Positions 1 through 11,235 of a stretch of DNA of 64,000 nt are shown here, piece by piece (position 1 is the stretch's first letter; each line of letters opens with the position of its first letter). The notes beneath the pieces were generated by a model. It saw only the letters and a program-made list of their open reading frames with translations. It was not told where the DNA came from and did no database searches. Source of the DNA: Chiloscyllium plagiosum (Eukaryota); NCBI RefSeq assembly GCF_004010195.1, contig NC_057719.1:67855873-67919872 (forward strand), read 5' to 3'. A program made the position numbers and the translations under genes.

Positions 1-399
1 TCTGTATATTTTGGATAAGTTCCCTCAACCAAACATTCTCTGCAATTTACTCTCCTAAATTATCTTTAACTGGCAAAATTTGAATTGATCTTTCCTAGTG
101 CACCAATTACATTGAACAAAGTTCCAATTGTTTTGGTCCAATTTTTTTCACATTTTCCGGCTTAGTACTAATTTCTGGGTGTAACATATAATGGACTTCC
201 TCTTCCAATCTCACATTTTTCTGACTCCCTGTGCCATACTCTAGGCCTAAAACATGTCTATATTGCCAATATTTATCGCTATTAGAACTTATTTTGTTCC
301 ATGCGTCTTTTACTACTCCACTGTTGCATATTTAATAAAGTATTTGTTTCTCAAACATTTTAACTTCATATAAAACATGAAGGACGTCAGGGCTTAGAC

Positions 400-620
400 A
401 TCTGAAATCAAAACAAATGCTGGAAACACAATTTAGTCAAGCAATGCTTGGGGGGAGAGAGAGAAAACTGACATTTCTGTTTGACGAACTTTCAGCAAAA
501 CTAAGAAATAGTTAGAGATGGAACATAATTGAAATAAAGTTTCAGGGAAAGGGTGGAGAATTAAAAAAAAACAAATGGTGTAAGGAAGAAGGGATTAATC
601 GTCCAAAAGGATGTTAGCCA
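400..620 (-). mobile_element. Degenerate Penelope-like element terminal fragment
   Basis: tctgaaatcaaaacaaatgctggaaac... is the reverse complement of the PLE end seen at 13530-13620 and 29118-29232. Confidence 0.45.
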
Positions 621-784
621 AGACAAAAGGCACTAGCAATGAGGAAAATGAGAAAAAAGATGGACCGATGATAAAGTTTATTTTTTTGTTATTTTTATTT
701 ATTTAATTCGCATATAAAATATTCAACCATACATGGTACCATTTGGTTCATTTCCAAATAACATATTAATCCCTACAGGCTTTA

Positions 785-1090
785 TTTTCTTTATTCTTTC
801 ATGCAATGAGGGTATTGTTGACATGGTCAGCATTCACAATTCATCCTTATTGCTCTTGAACTTCCTAAATCATGTCAGAGTGCATTTAAGAGTCATTGGT
901 TCATTGTTGTGGGTCTGTAATCACATGCAGGTCAGACCAGGTAAAGATAGAAGATTTCTTCCCTGTAAAGATATTCATGAACCAGATGTTTTTTTCAAGA
1001 TAATCAATGATTGCTTCATGGTCACCATTACTGGCAGTAGCTTTACATTCCAAGTTTATTAATTGAATTCAAATTCCATCAGTTACCATT
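785..1090 (-). mobile_element. tRNA-derived SINE (MetaSINE-like central domain)
   Basis: Reverse-complement similarity to the copy at 14640-15045 and same-strand similarity to 49241-49578 (cacatgcaggtcagaccaggtaa...gaaccagatg). Confidence 0.65.
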
Positions 1091-1096
1091 TTCTCG

Positions 1097-1212
1097 CAGG
1101 GTTCTTGTGCAGTGGTAGTGCCCCTATCTCTGGATCAAGTGGCTTGGATCCAAATCCTACTTGCTGTAGAGGTGCATAGTAACGTCTCTGAATAGGTTGA
1201 TTAGAAAATAAA
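1097..1212 (+). mobile_element. Short tRNA-derived SINE relic
   Basis: A-box-like gtgcagtggtag, B-box-like ggatccaaatcc, A-rich end. Confidence 0.4.
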
Positions 1213-1263
1213 TGTTATCATTATTTCCCTTACCAAGCTGCTGATTGGTAATAGCATTGAGGA

Positions 1264-2313
1264 GTTTTGAGCATTAGAATGAAACAGCACTGTAGGTACA
1301 GCATGTCAAACCTGCATGACAAGCTTCTTGACATTCATATTTAGTCCACCACAAAAAAATCGATTACCCAGTATCATAAAAAAAATCCTAAGAGTTCAAG
1401 CAGCTCTAAATAACCACAATGAAGCAACTGAACATGTCTCTGAAGTATTGGATTGAGGAGGATCACTGTACGTTCAAAAGAAACTTGATACAGTTCTGAT
1501 AAATAGACGGGTGGGATAACTTTGAAGTGTGTGAAATTGAGATTATGTTCTGCTTTGGACAGAGGAGTGGTCAAGAAGCATGATGCACAGAACTGACTTA
1601 AAGGGTACTGTTTTGTATTTTGTCCCTGTGCATCATGTAAGATACATTGCTTGTGTGTTCAACAAACATGGTCACTCATTTCACCCACAAACTTTGTCGT
1701 TTTCAGAATCAATTATGGCAAATTGCAATTCACTTTAGTTTTCCTGAGTAATTCGGCTTTATTTGTAGAAATTAAACTTTGGGATCATATTCAAAGCAAA
1801 CTGTGGAGTTGTAACACTATGTTTCTCTATGTTTGAGTTGTTACAAACTCAAAACAACTCACAACATCACAAGAGTATATTTACGGATGCAGCCTGTGCT
1901 CATCATCTTGTTCTAATGCCATTTACTCTCAGTGGACCTTAATGATTTGATTTTATTTTCTACTCTTGTGTCTTCATTATTATGAACTTTTTATTACACC
2001 TTCCCTTTTATCTTTGAACTTCTTTTAATTTGTTCTTTCTTACTCTTATTAAATGTTTCCTTCTTTGCTTTTTTGTAATTCTTAATACATGCTGTCATAT
2101 CAGTACTACTGTTCATTCTCACAATGACCTGATTGCCTTTTCATCTCCTACACCTTAAAGCTCAGTTACAGGTCAATAACTGGCAAAAACCAACACTGGG
2201 CTACCCCATAGTTTCCAATGTTTTGAGCATTAGAATGAAACAGCACTGTAGGTACAGCATGTCAAACCTGCATGACAAGCTTCTTGACATTCATATTTAG
2301 TCCACCACAAAAA
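1264..2313 (+). repeat. Exact 94-bp dispersed direct repeat (1264-1357 and 2220-2313)
   Basis: gttttgagcattagaatgaaacagc...tccaccacaaaaa occurs twice, 956 bp apart. Confidence 0.95.
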
Positions 2314-3239
2314 GCAGTGATGCCAAGTGCATTATATGAGCTAAGTAAATACAATTAAGCTCTGAAAAGGAAGCATAATGCACAACCAGCACTTGGTCTT
2401 GAAAATATATGTCAGTGGGAAGTGACTTCAGAAAGTCAATCAACACTTGTATGCCACAGGTTCCCATAATATTGCAGTGGGAAAGGAATTAAAGTAAAAA
2501 GTATGGGTAAAATGCAAATTATCATGGAGTTTAAAGGTTTTGCTTTTTAAAATTTTGGAGCAAGAAGACATAAGTCTTATTTGTGGGAACAGGAACATGA
2601 TTTAATCAGGCAAAGGGTGTAAATCAGATTCTCAGTGTTAAATTAAAATTCATCTGATTAAAATTCTCAAGAAATATGTGTACTGTGGCCAGGCACTGGA
2701 TCATTTCCTGGACATTACCCTTGGTTGCAGTATCTTCCACATTAACATGCAACCCTTAATAGCAGTCCTCAAAGATTCTATGATCCCTGACACATGTCCC
2801 CATCTGTTGTCAAAACATGTGAGAAGTGGGCATTACTTGGTGATTGCACCACCTTATTGCTTGGGACTTATGAAGGTGTTCCTCATCTCTCACATGGGTA
2901 TGATTTATCCAAGTCCTATTTTGAAAATAATACAATCACAGACATTATGATAATGCTCGAGAAAATATATTGGCAAGTGTGGTGACTCCCTTCCAATGAT
3001 GTAGCACTCAAGATGGCGGCAGAATAGCAGCGCAGTGCTCAGGCTGCTTCCAGCTACTTTTTTATTGTTTTATTCTTTTTCTATTCTTTTTGACTTCTGG
3101 AACTTCCTCGGCGGGGTATTGGTGAGAGCGAGAACAAAATGGTGGTGAAGATGGCACGTTCCCGGATTTAGCAGCAGCAGAGATGGGCTTGAGGAGCGAG
3201 TTCTGAGGACCTGCGGTGGAAACAGGTTAAAAGGTGCTG

Positions 3240-6200
3240 CAGCGGGAGTGGGAATGGGTTCCAAGAGCCTGCAGTGGGAACGGGAACAGGTTCCGAGGGC
3301 CTGCAGTGGAAACGGGAATGGGTTCCGAGAGCCTGTAGCGGAAACGGGAATGAGAGTAGGTTCTGAGGGCCTGCGGCAGCAGCAGGAAAAAGAACGGATT
3401 CCAAGGGCCTGTGGCGACAGCGGGATCCAAGGCCTTGCAGCAGGAGTGGGAACGGGAACACGTTCCAAGAGCCTGCAGTGGGATGGGAACGGGTTCCAAG
3501 GTCCCGCAGCGAGAACAGGAATGGGTTCCAAGAGCCTGCAGCGGGAATGGAAATGTGTTCCGAGAGCCTGCAGCGGGAATAGGAACGGGTTCCAAGGGCC
3601 TGCAGCAAGAACGGGAATGGGTTCCGAGGGCCTGCAATGGAAACAGGAACGGGAACAGGAACGGGAATGGGTTCTGAGGGCCTGCAGCAGGAACGGGAAC
3701 AGTTTTGAGGGCCTGCAGTGGAAACAGGAATGGGTTCCAAGGGCCTATAGTGGGAATGGAAATGGTTTCCACAGGCCTACAGTGGGAACGGGAACGGTCC
3801 GTGGGCCTGCAGTGGGAACAGGAATGGGTTCCAAGGGCGTACAGTGGGAACGGAAGCGGGTTCCACAGGCCTACAGTGGGAACGGGAACGGTTCAGCGGG
3901 CCTACAGTGGGAACGGGAATGGGCTCCAAGGGCCTACAATAAGAAGTGGAGTGGGTTCCGCGGGCCTACAATGAGAACAGAAACGGGTTCCAAACGCCTG
4001 CAGTGGGAACAGGAACGGGTTCCGCAAGTCTGTGGCAGGATGAGGAACGGATTCCAAGGGCCTGCAAGTGGGAACAGGAACAGTTCAGCGGGCCTACAGT
4101 GGGAACGAGAATGGGCTCCAAGGGTCTACAATGGGAGCAGGAATGGGTTCCAAGGGCCTCCAATGGGAACAGAAATGGATTCTGCAGTTGTACAATGGGA
4201 ACAGGAACGGGTTCCGAGGGTCTGCAACAGGAATGGGAACAGGTTCCGAAGGCCTCCAATGGGAACAGGAATAGGTTCCAAGGGCCTGTGATGGGAGTGG
4301 GAATGGGTTCCAAGGGCCTGTGGTGGGAACGGGATCAGGTTCCGATAGCCTGTAGCAGACGGGAATGTATTCCAAGAGACTGCAGCAGGAACGGAACGGG
4401 TTCCAAGGGCCTACATTAGGAACAGGAGTGGGTTCCAAGTGCATGTAGCTGGAATAGGAACAGGTTCCACGGGCCTCCAGTGAGAACAAGAACGGATCCC
4501 AAGGGCCTGTCACAGGAACAGGAACGTGTTCCGAGGGTCTGTGGCAGGAATGTGAATGGGTTCCGAGGGTCTGTGGTGGGAATGTGAATGGGTTCCGNNN
4601 NNNNNNNNNNNNNNNNNNNNNNNNNNNNNNNNNNNNNNNNNNNNNNNNNNNNNNNNNNNNNNNNNNNNNNNNNNNNNNNNNNNNNNNNNNNNNNNNNNNN
4701 NNNNNNNNNNNNNNNNNNNNNNNNNNNNNNNNNNNNNNNNNNNNNNNNNNNNNNNNNNNNNNNNNNNNNNNNNNNNNNNNAGGTTCTAAGGGCATGCAGC
4801 GGGAAAGGGAACAGCTTTCAAGGCACTGCGGCGGGAGCAGGAACTGGAATGGCTTCTGAGAGACTGCGGTGGCAGCGGGAATGAGAATGGGTTCCAAGAG
4901 TCTGCAGCAGGAATGGGAACGGGTTCTGAGAGCCTGCGACGGGAGTGGGAATGGAAACGGGTTCCGAGAGACAGCAGCAGGATTGGGAACAGGTTCTAAG
5001 GGCATGCAGCGGGAAAGGGAACAGCTTTCAAGGCACTGCGGCGGGAGCAGGAACTGGAATGGCTTCTGAGAGACTGCGGTGGCAGCGGGAATGAGAATGG
5101 GTTCCAAGAGTCTGCAGCGGGAACAGGAACGGGTTCTGAGGGCCTGCTGTGGGAGTGGGAACGGGTTCCAAGAGCCTGCGACGGGAGCGGGAATGGGAAC
5201 GGGTTCTGAGGGCCTGCTGTGGGAGTGGGAACGGGTTCCAAGAGCCTGCGACGGGAGCGGGAATGGGAACGGGTTCTGAGGGCCTGCTGTGGGAGTGGGA
5301 ACGGGTTCCAAGAGCCTGCGACGGGAGCGGGAATGGGAACGGGTTCTGAGGGCCTGCTGTGGGAGTGGGAACGGGTTCCAAGAGCCTGCGACGGGAGCGG
5401 GAATGGGAACGGGTTCTGAGGGCCTGCTGTGGGAGTGGGAACGGGTTCCAAGAGCCTGCGACGGGAGCGGGAATGGGAACGGGTTCTGAGGGCCTGCAGT
5501 GGGAATGGGAACGGGTTCTGAGAGTCTGCAGCGGGAACGGGAATGGGTTCCAAGAACCTGCAGCAGGATTGGGAAAGGGTTCCGCAGGTCTGTGGCGGGA
5601 GTGGGAACAGATTCTGAGGGTCTGTAGCAGGAATGGGAATAGGTTCCAAGGGCCTGAGGTTGAGGCAGATTCCAAGAGTCTGTGGCAGGAATAGGAACAG
5701 GTTCTGAGAACCTGCAGCAGGAATGGGAATAGGTTCCAAGGGCCTGAGGTTGAGGCAGATTCCAAGAGTCTGCGGCAGGAATAGGAACAGTTTCTGAGAA
5801 CCTGCAGCGGGAATGTGAATAGGTTCCAAGGGCCTGAGGTTGAGGCAGATTCCAAGAGTCTGTGGCAGGAATAGGAACAGGTTCTGAGAACCTGCAGCGG
5901 GAATGTGAACTGCTTCCGAGAGTCTGAGGTTGAAGCGGATTCCAAGAGTCTGCGGTGGGAACGGGAACTCGTTCCGAGAGGCAGTAGCAGCACTGGGAAC
6001 GGATTCCGAAATCCTGCAACAGGAGCAGGTGCAAAGGGCCTGCAGCGGGAGCAGGAATGGAGACAAGTTCTTAGAACCTACATCAGAAACGGGAATGGGA
6101 ACGGTTCCGAGGGCCTTTGGCGGGAATGGGAACAGGTTCCGAAGGCCTGTGGTTGAAGCAGTTTCCGAGAGCCTGTGGCAGGAATGGGAAAGGGTTGCGA

Positions 6201-6480
6201 GGGCATGCAGTGGGAACTGGAACAGGTTCCAAGAGACTGCGGCAGGAGCGGGAATGGGAATGGGTTCCGAGAGACTGAGGTGGGAGCGGGAATGGGTTCC
6301 GAGGGCCTGCATCAGGAGTGGGAACGGGTTCCATGGGCCTGCAGTGGGAGTGGGAATGGGTCCCGAGGGTTCGCGGCAGGAGTGGGAACGGGTTCCGAGA
6401 CCCTGCGGCAGGAATGGGAACGGGATCCCAGAATCTGTGGTGGGAGTGGGAATGGGTTCCGAGGGCCTGAGACAGCACTG
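3240..6480 (+). repeat. G-rich minisatellite array, ~32-38 bp monomer (GGGTTCCRAGRGCCTGCAGYGGGAAYGGGAAY), with 70-, 90- and 210-bp higher-order blocks
   Basis: Monomer read directly. Five identical 70-mers at 5131-5480; 90-bp period at 5641/5731/5821; 210-bp duplication at 4781/4991. Confidence 0.95.
4598..4780. other. Assembly gap (183 N) inside the minisatellite
   Basis: Run of N. Confidence 1.
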
Positions 6481-7490
6481 AGGCTTGAGAGTTTGGGGAA
6501 GGAGGCAGGCCCACTTACCTGTAGAGACAAGCTTACCTCACAGAAATAAGACTTTTAGATCTGGACTTACTTCCTGGCTCCGTTTTTTTTGTATTTCTGC
6601 TTTTTGTTTTAAATTCTGGCTTTTGTATCACAGATAGTTCTTTTGGTTTTTGTATCTAGTTTGCTGTTTTAATTTGAATTTGTGTTTTTGTGCAAAGGGA
6701 TGGCATCAGTGAATGGCGACTTTGTACACTTCCCACTGTACTCCTGTACTTCTGTATTTCAGTGCACATGACAATGAAACCTAATTCTAATTATAAAACC
6801 CGTGCCACCTACATGCCGTCACTTTTTTTGAATCAGTTTATGTCTTAACCTTGCATAGTAGAGTACAACATTAAATCACATGCAACATTACACAGAGGAT
6901 CCTGAACAGCTTAGAGGTGAGTTGCCGGACTTTTGTTTCTGGCTGTTGGTACAATTAAAAGTATTTTTGAGCTTTCCGATGCTTTCCCAAAGTTTCAATA
7001 ACATACCAGGAGTGGTGGCTGGTATTTTATTTGATATTTTAACTTTTATTTGATCTTTTAAAAGTTTGTTCTGAAACACAATCGTTCCAGACATTAGTGG
7101 CTTGGTTGGCTTCCGTTTTGGAATTCAGCATGACTGGGAGAATTAAAATAAATGGGTCCATGCAGAGAAGGGAAGAGCAGGCCCCTACCTATGCCCCACA
7201 GCCCCTTATAATCCTCAGTGCCAGCAGGCAGTATGGGAGTAAGATCATCACGTGCTCATTTTCAAGTTTCAGCCAGTTCCTCCCTCAAGCCAGTTACTAG
7301 TCCACTGTTGCTAGTGGCTCTTAACACTTGTAGTTTCTCATATAAATATCACACCAATAAAAGTAACAGTTCTGAAGTGGGTCTCAGGTGTACTTTAAAC
7401 TAGATTTCCTCTGAATTAATGTTCCATGAAGATTCTATCTTGGGATGGAATAATTGGTCAGAAAGTTTATAATATTGCAATGATGAGGCT

Positions 7491-7825
7491 GGGTAGCACG
7501 GTGGCTCAGTGGTTAGCACTTTTACCTCACAGCACCAGGGACTCAGGTTTGATTCCACTCTCACATGACTGTCTGTGTGGAGTTTGCACATTCTCCTTGT
7601 TATCTGTGGGGGTGCTCCAGTTTCCTTGCACAGTCCAAAGGTGAATGTGTTCGGTGGATTGACCATGGTAAATTGTCTATAGTCTGCAGGCTAGGTGGGT
7701 TAGCCATGGGAAATGCAAGGTTATAGGGATAGGGGAGGAAGTGAGTCTGGGTGGGATGCTCTTCGGAGGGTTGGTGTGGACTCGATGGGCTGAATGGCCT
7801 ATTTTCACACTGTGGGAATTCTATG
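7491..7825 (+). mobile_element. HE1-type V-SINE, near full length
   Basis: tRNA head gcacggtggctcagtggttagcac, V-domain tgtgtggagtttgcacattctcc, CR1-like tail gggctgaatggcct...ttctatg. Confidence 0.9.
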
Positions 7826-9010
7826 TTATCCAGATTTTGCTACATCTTGTTTACAATAAAAAGAATAACTACAGTGATAAGCAACATTGATATGGGGGAG
7901 ATGAACAGGGTTGGAATACACACAAAGGAGGGACTATAGTTTAAAAAAAATGAGAATTATCTTCAGCCAACACAGACTCAGTCTTCCAACTTCTATTACT
8001 ATTGTCACAGTTCTTTTCTACTTCTGAAAATATTAAGCATGAATCATTAATACCATAGACCAATGCTTTTCAAACTTTTCTCAGGGAAAATTGTCATGAC
8101 GACTCAATGAGACTGGTGAGCTGGGAAGGGAGAAACTATGAGAATAGTGGTTGGGAAATGGGGACCTGTCAGAGTAGGAGGGCAGCTATTATAAATTGGT
8201 CAGAGGTACAGGGCAGCCTTTACTGGCCGAAACTTGCAGCCCCAAAATTTCAGCTCACAACTCCACTTGGAGATTGGACCACCATTTTGAAAGCCCCAGC
8301 CATACGGGATGATTCAGCAATTCCACAAGTACAAACTATTGCAGTTAAATACCTTGGCTGAGTCTTAAATATTTTGTCATGTCAAACAAGACATCATCCG
8401 ATGTTATGACACCCTCCATGGACTCTCACAATGAAAGTATAGTGAACACCATCTGGGAGAGAAATAAACACCCATTTGCTTGTTCTGGACAGGCAAAAAT
8501 ATGCTGCAACAGACACAGACTTATCATTACCTGTCCCCCAGGCACATATGTGAGATCCTCATTATTCACTTTATGATCATACCACAAAGAACATGATAAA
8601 GACTTCTGCAACAAACTTTGACACAACTGTGATTTGAGAAGGCAACAATTTTGTCTGTTATGAAAGCATTCTATATGCCTTTGTATCTGAAGTAATTTTG
8701 GTTACATTTTAGACAGATAGAATTTAATTGCAACAAGTGACTGCTTTTCTGTGCTTATCCCAGGTGTACTCTTCAAAACTATTTTGTTTTTGTGACTTAA
8801 CCTGTCAACCTCTGTAACGCCAAGCACCGGAAAAATTGAAACAAATCTCTTTTGCAATATTGCACAGTTAATCCTGTGCTGAATTACAATCCCTTATCTC
8901 CATTTCATCTTGTACCTTCCTTAAAGAAGCATAAGCTCATCATCCCAACCTTTTGCTCTTCTATTATGTTGTTTTGCTCTCCTTCCATTTGACTTAACAC
9001 AGCAGCCTCA

Positions 9011-9139
9011 TTCCTGAAGAAGGGCTTATGCCCGAAATGTCGATTCTCCTGTTCCTCGGATGCTGCCTGCCTGCTGTGTTTTTCCAGCACCACATTTTTC
9101 AACTCTGGTCTCCAGCATCTGCAGTCCTCACTTTCTCCC
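9011..9139 (+). mobile_element. Penelope-like terminal repeat with hammerhead-like core
   Basis: CTGAAGA-A-GGGC-ttat-GCCC-GAAA-tGTC at 9014-9041, then the family tail ...ctccagcatctgcagtcctcactttctcc. Confidence 0.75.
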
Positions 9140-10640
9140 ATTTGACTTAACTGACCCAAAGCAGGCTTCTTTTTCTCTCTCACCTTGTCTTAACTCCTGA
9201 GGAGCATTGCACGAGGCAGTGGATTGCTGGTGTCGTTGACTCTCTGGCTCCCTCTGTTGGTGCAGGACCTGTCTCTCCATGGCAGCCGCCAACATGGCGA
9301 TGGAGGCGGCCAGATGGTCGCAGGACTGGCTGTGTGGGCCTGTGCCTCCTGTAGGTTGCCTGGCACTGCTGCTCGTCTTTATGCACTCATAAGACATTCA
9401 ACATGGCCAAAACCACAGGATCATCCCCTGCTGGAGGCTCAGGAACTGCCTGATCTCTAGCAGTCCTTGGTCTGTCAGTTGCCTGGGGTATTCCTCTCCC
9501 ATCCATATGCAGATCATTCAGTGTTTAGAACATACTTTGTTCCTTATATAACCCCACTGAGTTGTCTTCATCTGTTTCACTGGGCAGGGGGTGTGGGGGG
9601 GTCCAGGAGGCTGTGTAGATGATGGTCCCTCCAATGCATCAATGCTGTCATATAGAGAGGTTGAGGAATTCTTATTTGCATGAAAGGGGTTGATCCTTGG
9701 GAGAGCTGATGCACTTATAAGGCAGAAGAGGCACAGAGGCTTTGAAGCCATTGTTTAATAGAGCTGACACATCTGCGGTCCTCACTTTCTTCTACCTGTT
9801 TAATGCGACCATTACAGAGAGTGACAAGTGTTACTTACTTGGGTATTGGGATATGGATGTTACTGTATCCCTGCAGGGGCAATCTCTGTCTTTTCCTGCC
9901 AGATCGAGTTACCCTTATTTCAGAGGGGGTGAGGACACAGATATCTAGTACCTCACTACCAGTCCAACGTCACACCGCCCTGTTATGGGGTGTCTTTTCC
10001 TGTTATGGATTGAAGGGTCAATTGAGCAAGCTATAAATGGGATGCTCAGCTGTTAGGGCTAAACGATGTGGGGAATAGGTGTTAAGGTGTTCCAAGGGAA
10101 TGAGGAGGAAACGCAGAGGGCTTGTAGTGTTAATGGCGTGGGAGTGAGGGAACGTGTGTCATGCAACAAAGGGGGAACTTCACTGGGAGGTGGTGCAGCA
10201 ATACAGATAAATACGAGGGAGCAGATAGCAGCGTACTACACTTATCCTGTCAAAATGGAGAAGATCATTGGCCTCCTTCCTGCACTGCTGCCTGGTCCTC
10301 CATCTCCCGCAAGATGGCACTGATCGAGGTGGTGATCTCCAAATATGCTGGCATGATCTGGTGGAGAGGTTTCCTCTGCTGGTGTCCTGGGAAGAGGACC
10401 CCTCACCACGCACTCCATCACCTTGTACACAAGCCACCCCTTCTCCACCATCTGCCCTGACTCCTTCTACAGCGGAGCAGCACACTTTCAAGGTGGCTGC
10501 TCTTCTGCAGATGCACAGTGGACTTTGGAAGATGGAGCAACTGCAGAGGATGCTGGTCTTGAGGAGGACCTCCTCTATGTGCAGGTTGGTCTGGGAATGG
10601 CATATCGGAAGATGGGCGTAAATCGATTATGATTCTTGTC
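9140..10640 (-). mobile_element. Decayed PIF/Harbinger-like transposon (Myb/SANT-like gene relic)
   Basis: Minus strand ~10250-10420 gives frameshifted VLFP...PLHQIMPAYLEITTSISAI / WRTRQQCRKEANDLLH, resembling the W..IA...RT..QCRKK.NDL Myb/SANT motif. Boundaries approximate. Confidence 0.5.
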
Positions 10641-11046
10641 ATGTAGATTCAAATGGCAATTAATACAGGAGTTTGGTAAGAGAAAATTTACTAAGGCAAA
10701 AGTTACTCCATGGGAACATGATGCGACTCAAACTTTGCTAAAACAAAAGGATACAGTCCATAATACCTAATTCACAATACTGACTACCTTGATCACTCAC
10801 TCTTGATAAACTGTTGGTTTCAACTCTTGATGCAACACAAGTGGAAATAGTTGTTCCGTGTCAACACGTTTGCAAGCTGTTTAGAATATTAGATGAACTG
10901 TCACTACCAGTGAAGTATGCTAGCCACTCAGCATATCGAGTCAGTTTTTACATTAATTCCATTTCAACCAAAGCAGACCAACTCTCACTCACCTCAACTC
11001 AATAATTCTGGAATTTGCACTTGAGAATTAGTAGCCTGTGCAAGTT

Positions 11047-11235
11047 GGTGAAAGTGAATACTGCAGATGCTGGAGATTAGAGTGGTGCTGGAAAAGCACA
11101 GCAGGTCAGGTAGCATCTGAGGAGCCGAAAAATTGATGTTTTGGGCAAAAGCCCTACAGGATGCCCAAAACATCAATTTTCCTGCTCCTCAAATGCTGCC
11201 TGGCCTGCTGTGCTTTTCCAGCACCACTCTAATCT
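11047..11235. mobile_element. Inverted (fold-back) pair of Penelope-like termini
   Basis: 74-bp arms 11074-11147 and 11162-11235, 5 mismatches, 14-nt spacer. Confidence 0.85.

Larger units (their letters stand above)
2990..6792 (+). mobile_element. Putative non-autonomous retroelement enclosing the minisatellite
   Basis: 5' CAAGATGGCGGC (YY1-type) at 3009-3020. 3' end GTGCACATGACAATGAAAC(CTAATT)2 resembles Rex1/Babar-type LINE tails. No TSD found. Confidence 0.5.

Noticed and set aside
3240..6480. CRISPR-like appearance of ~32-38 bp periodic units
   Set aside because: Units are contiguous tandem variants without unique spacers; eukaryotic context and no cas genes.
3070..6549. Many long overlapping ORFs (up to 646 aa) on both strands
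   Set aside because: By-product of a stop-poor minisatellite: the same peptides recur in all frames and some ORFs run through the N gap.
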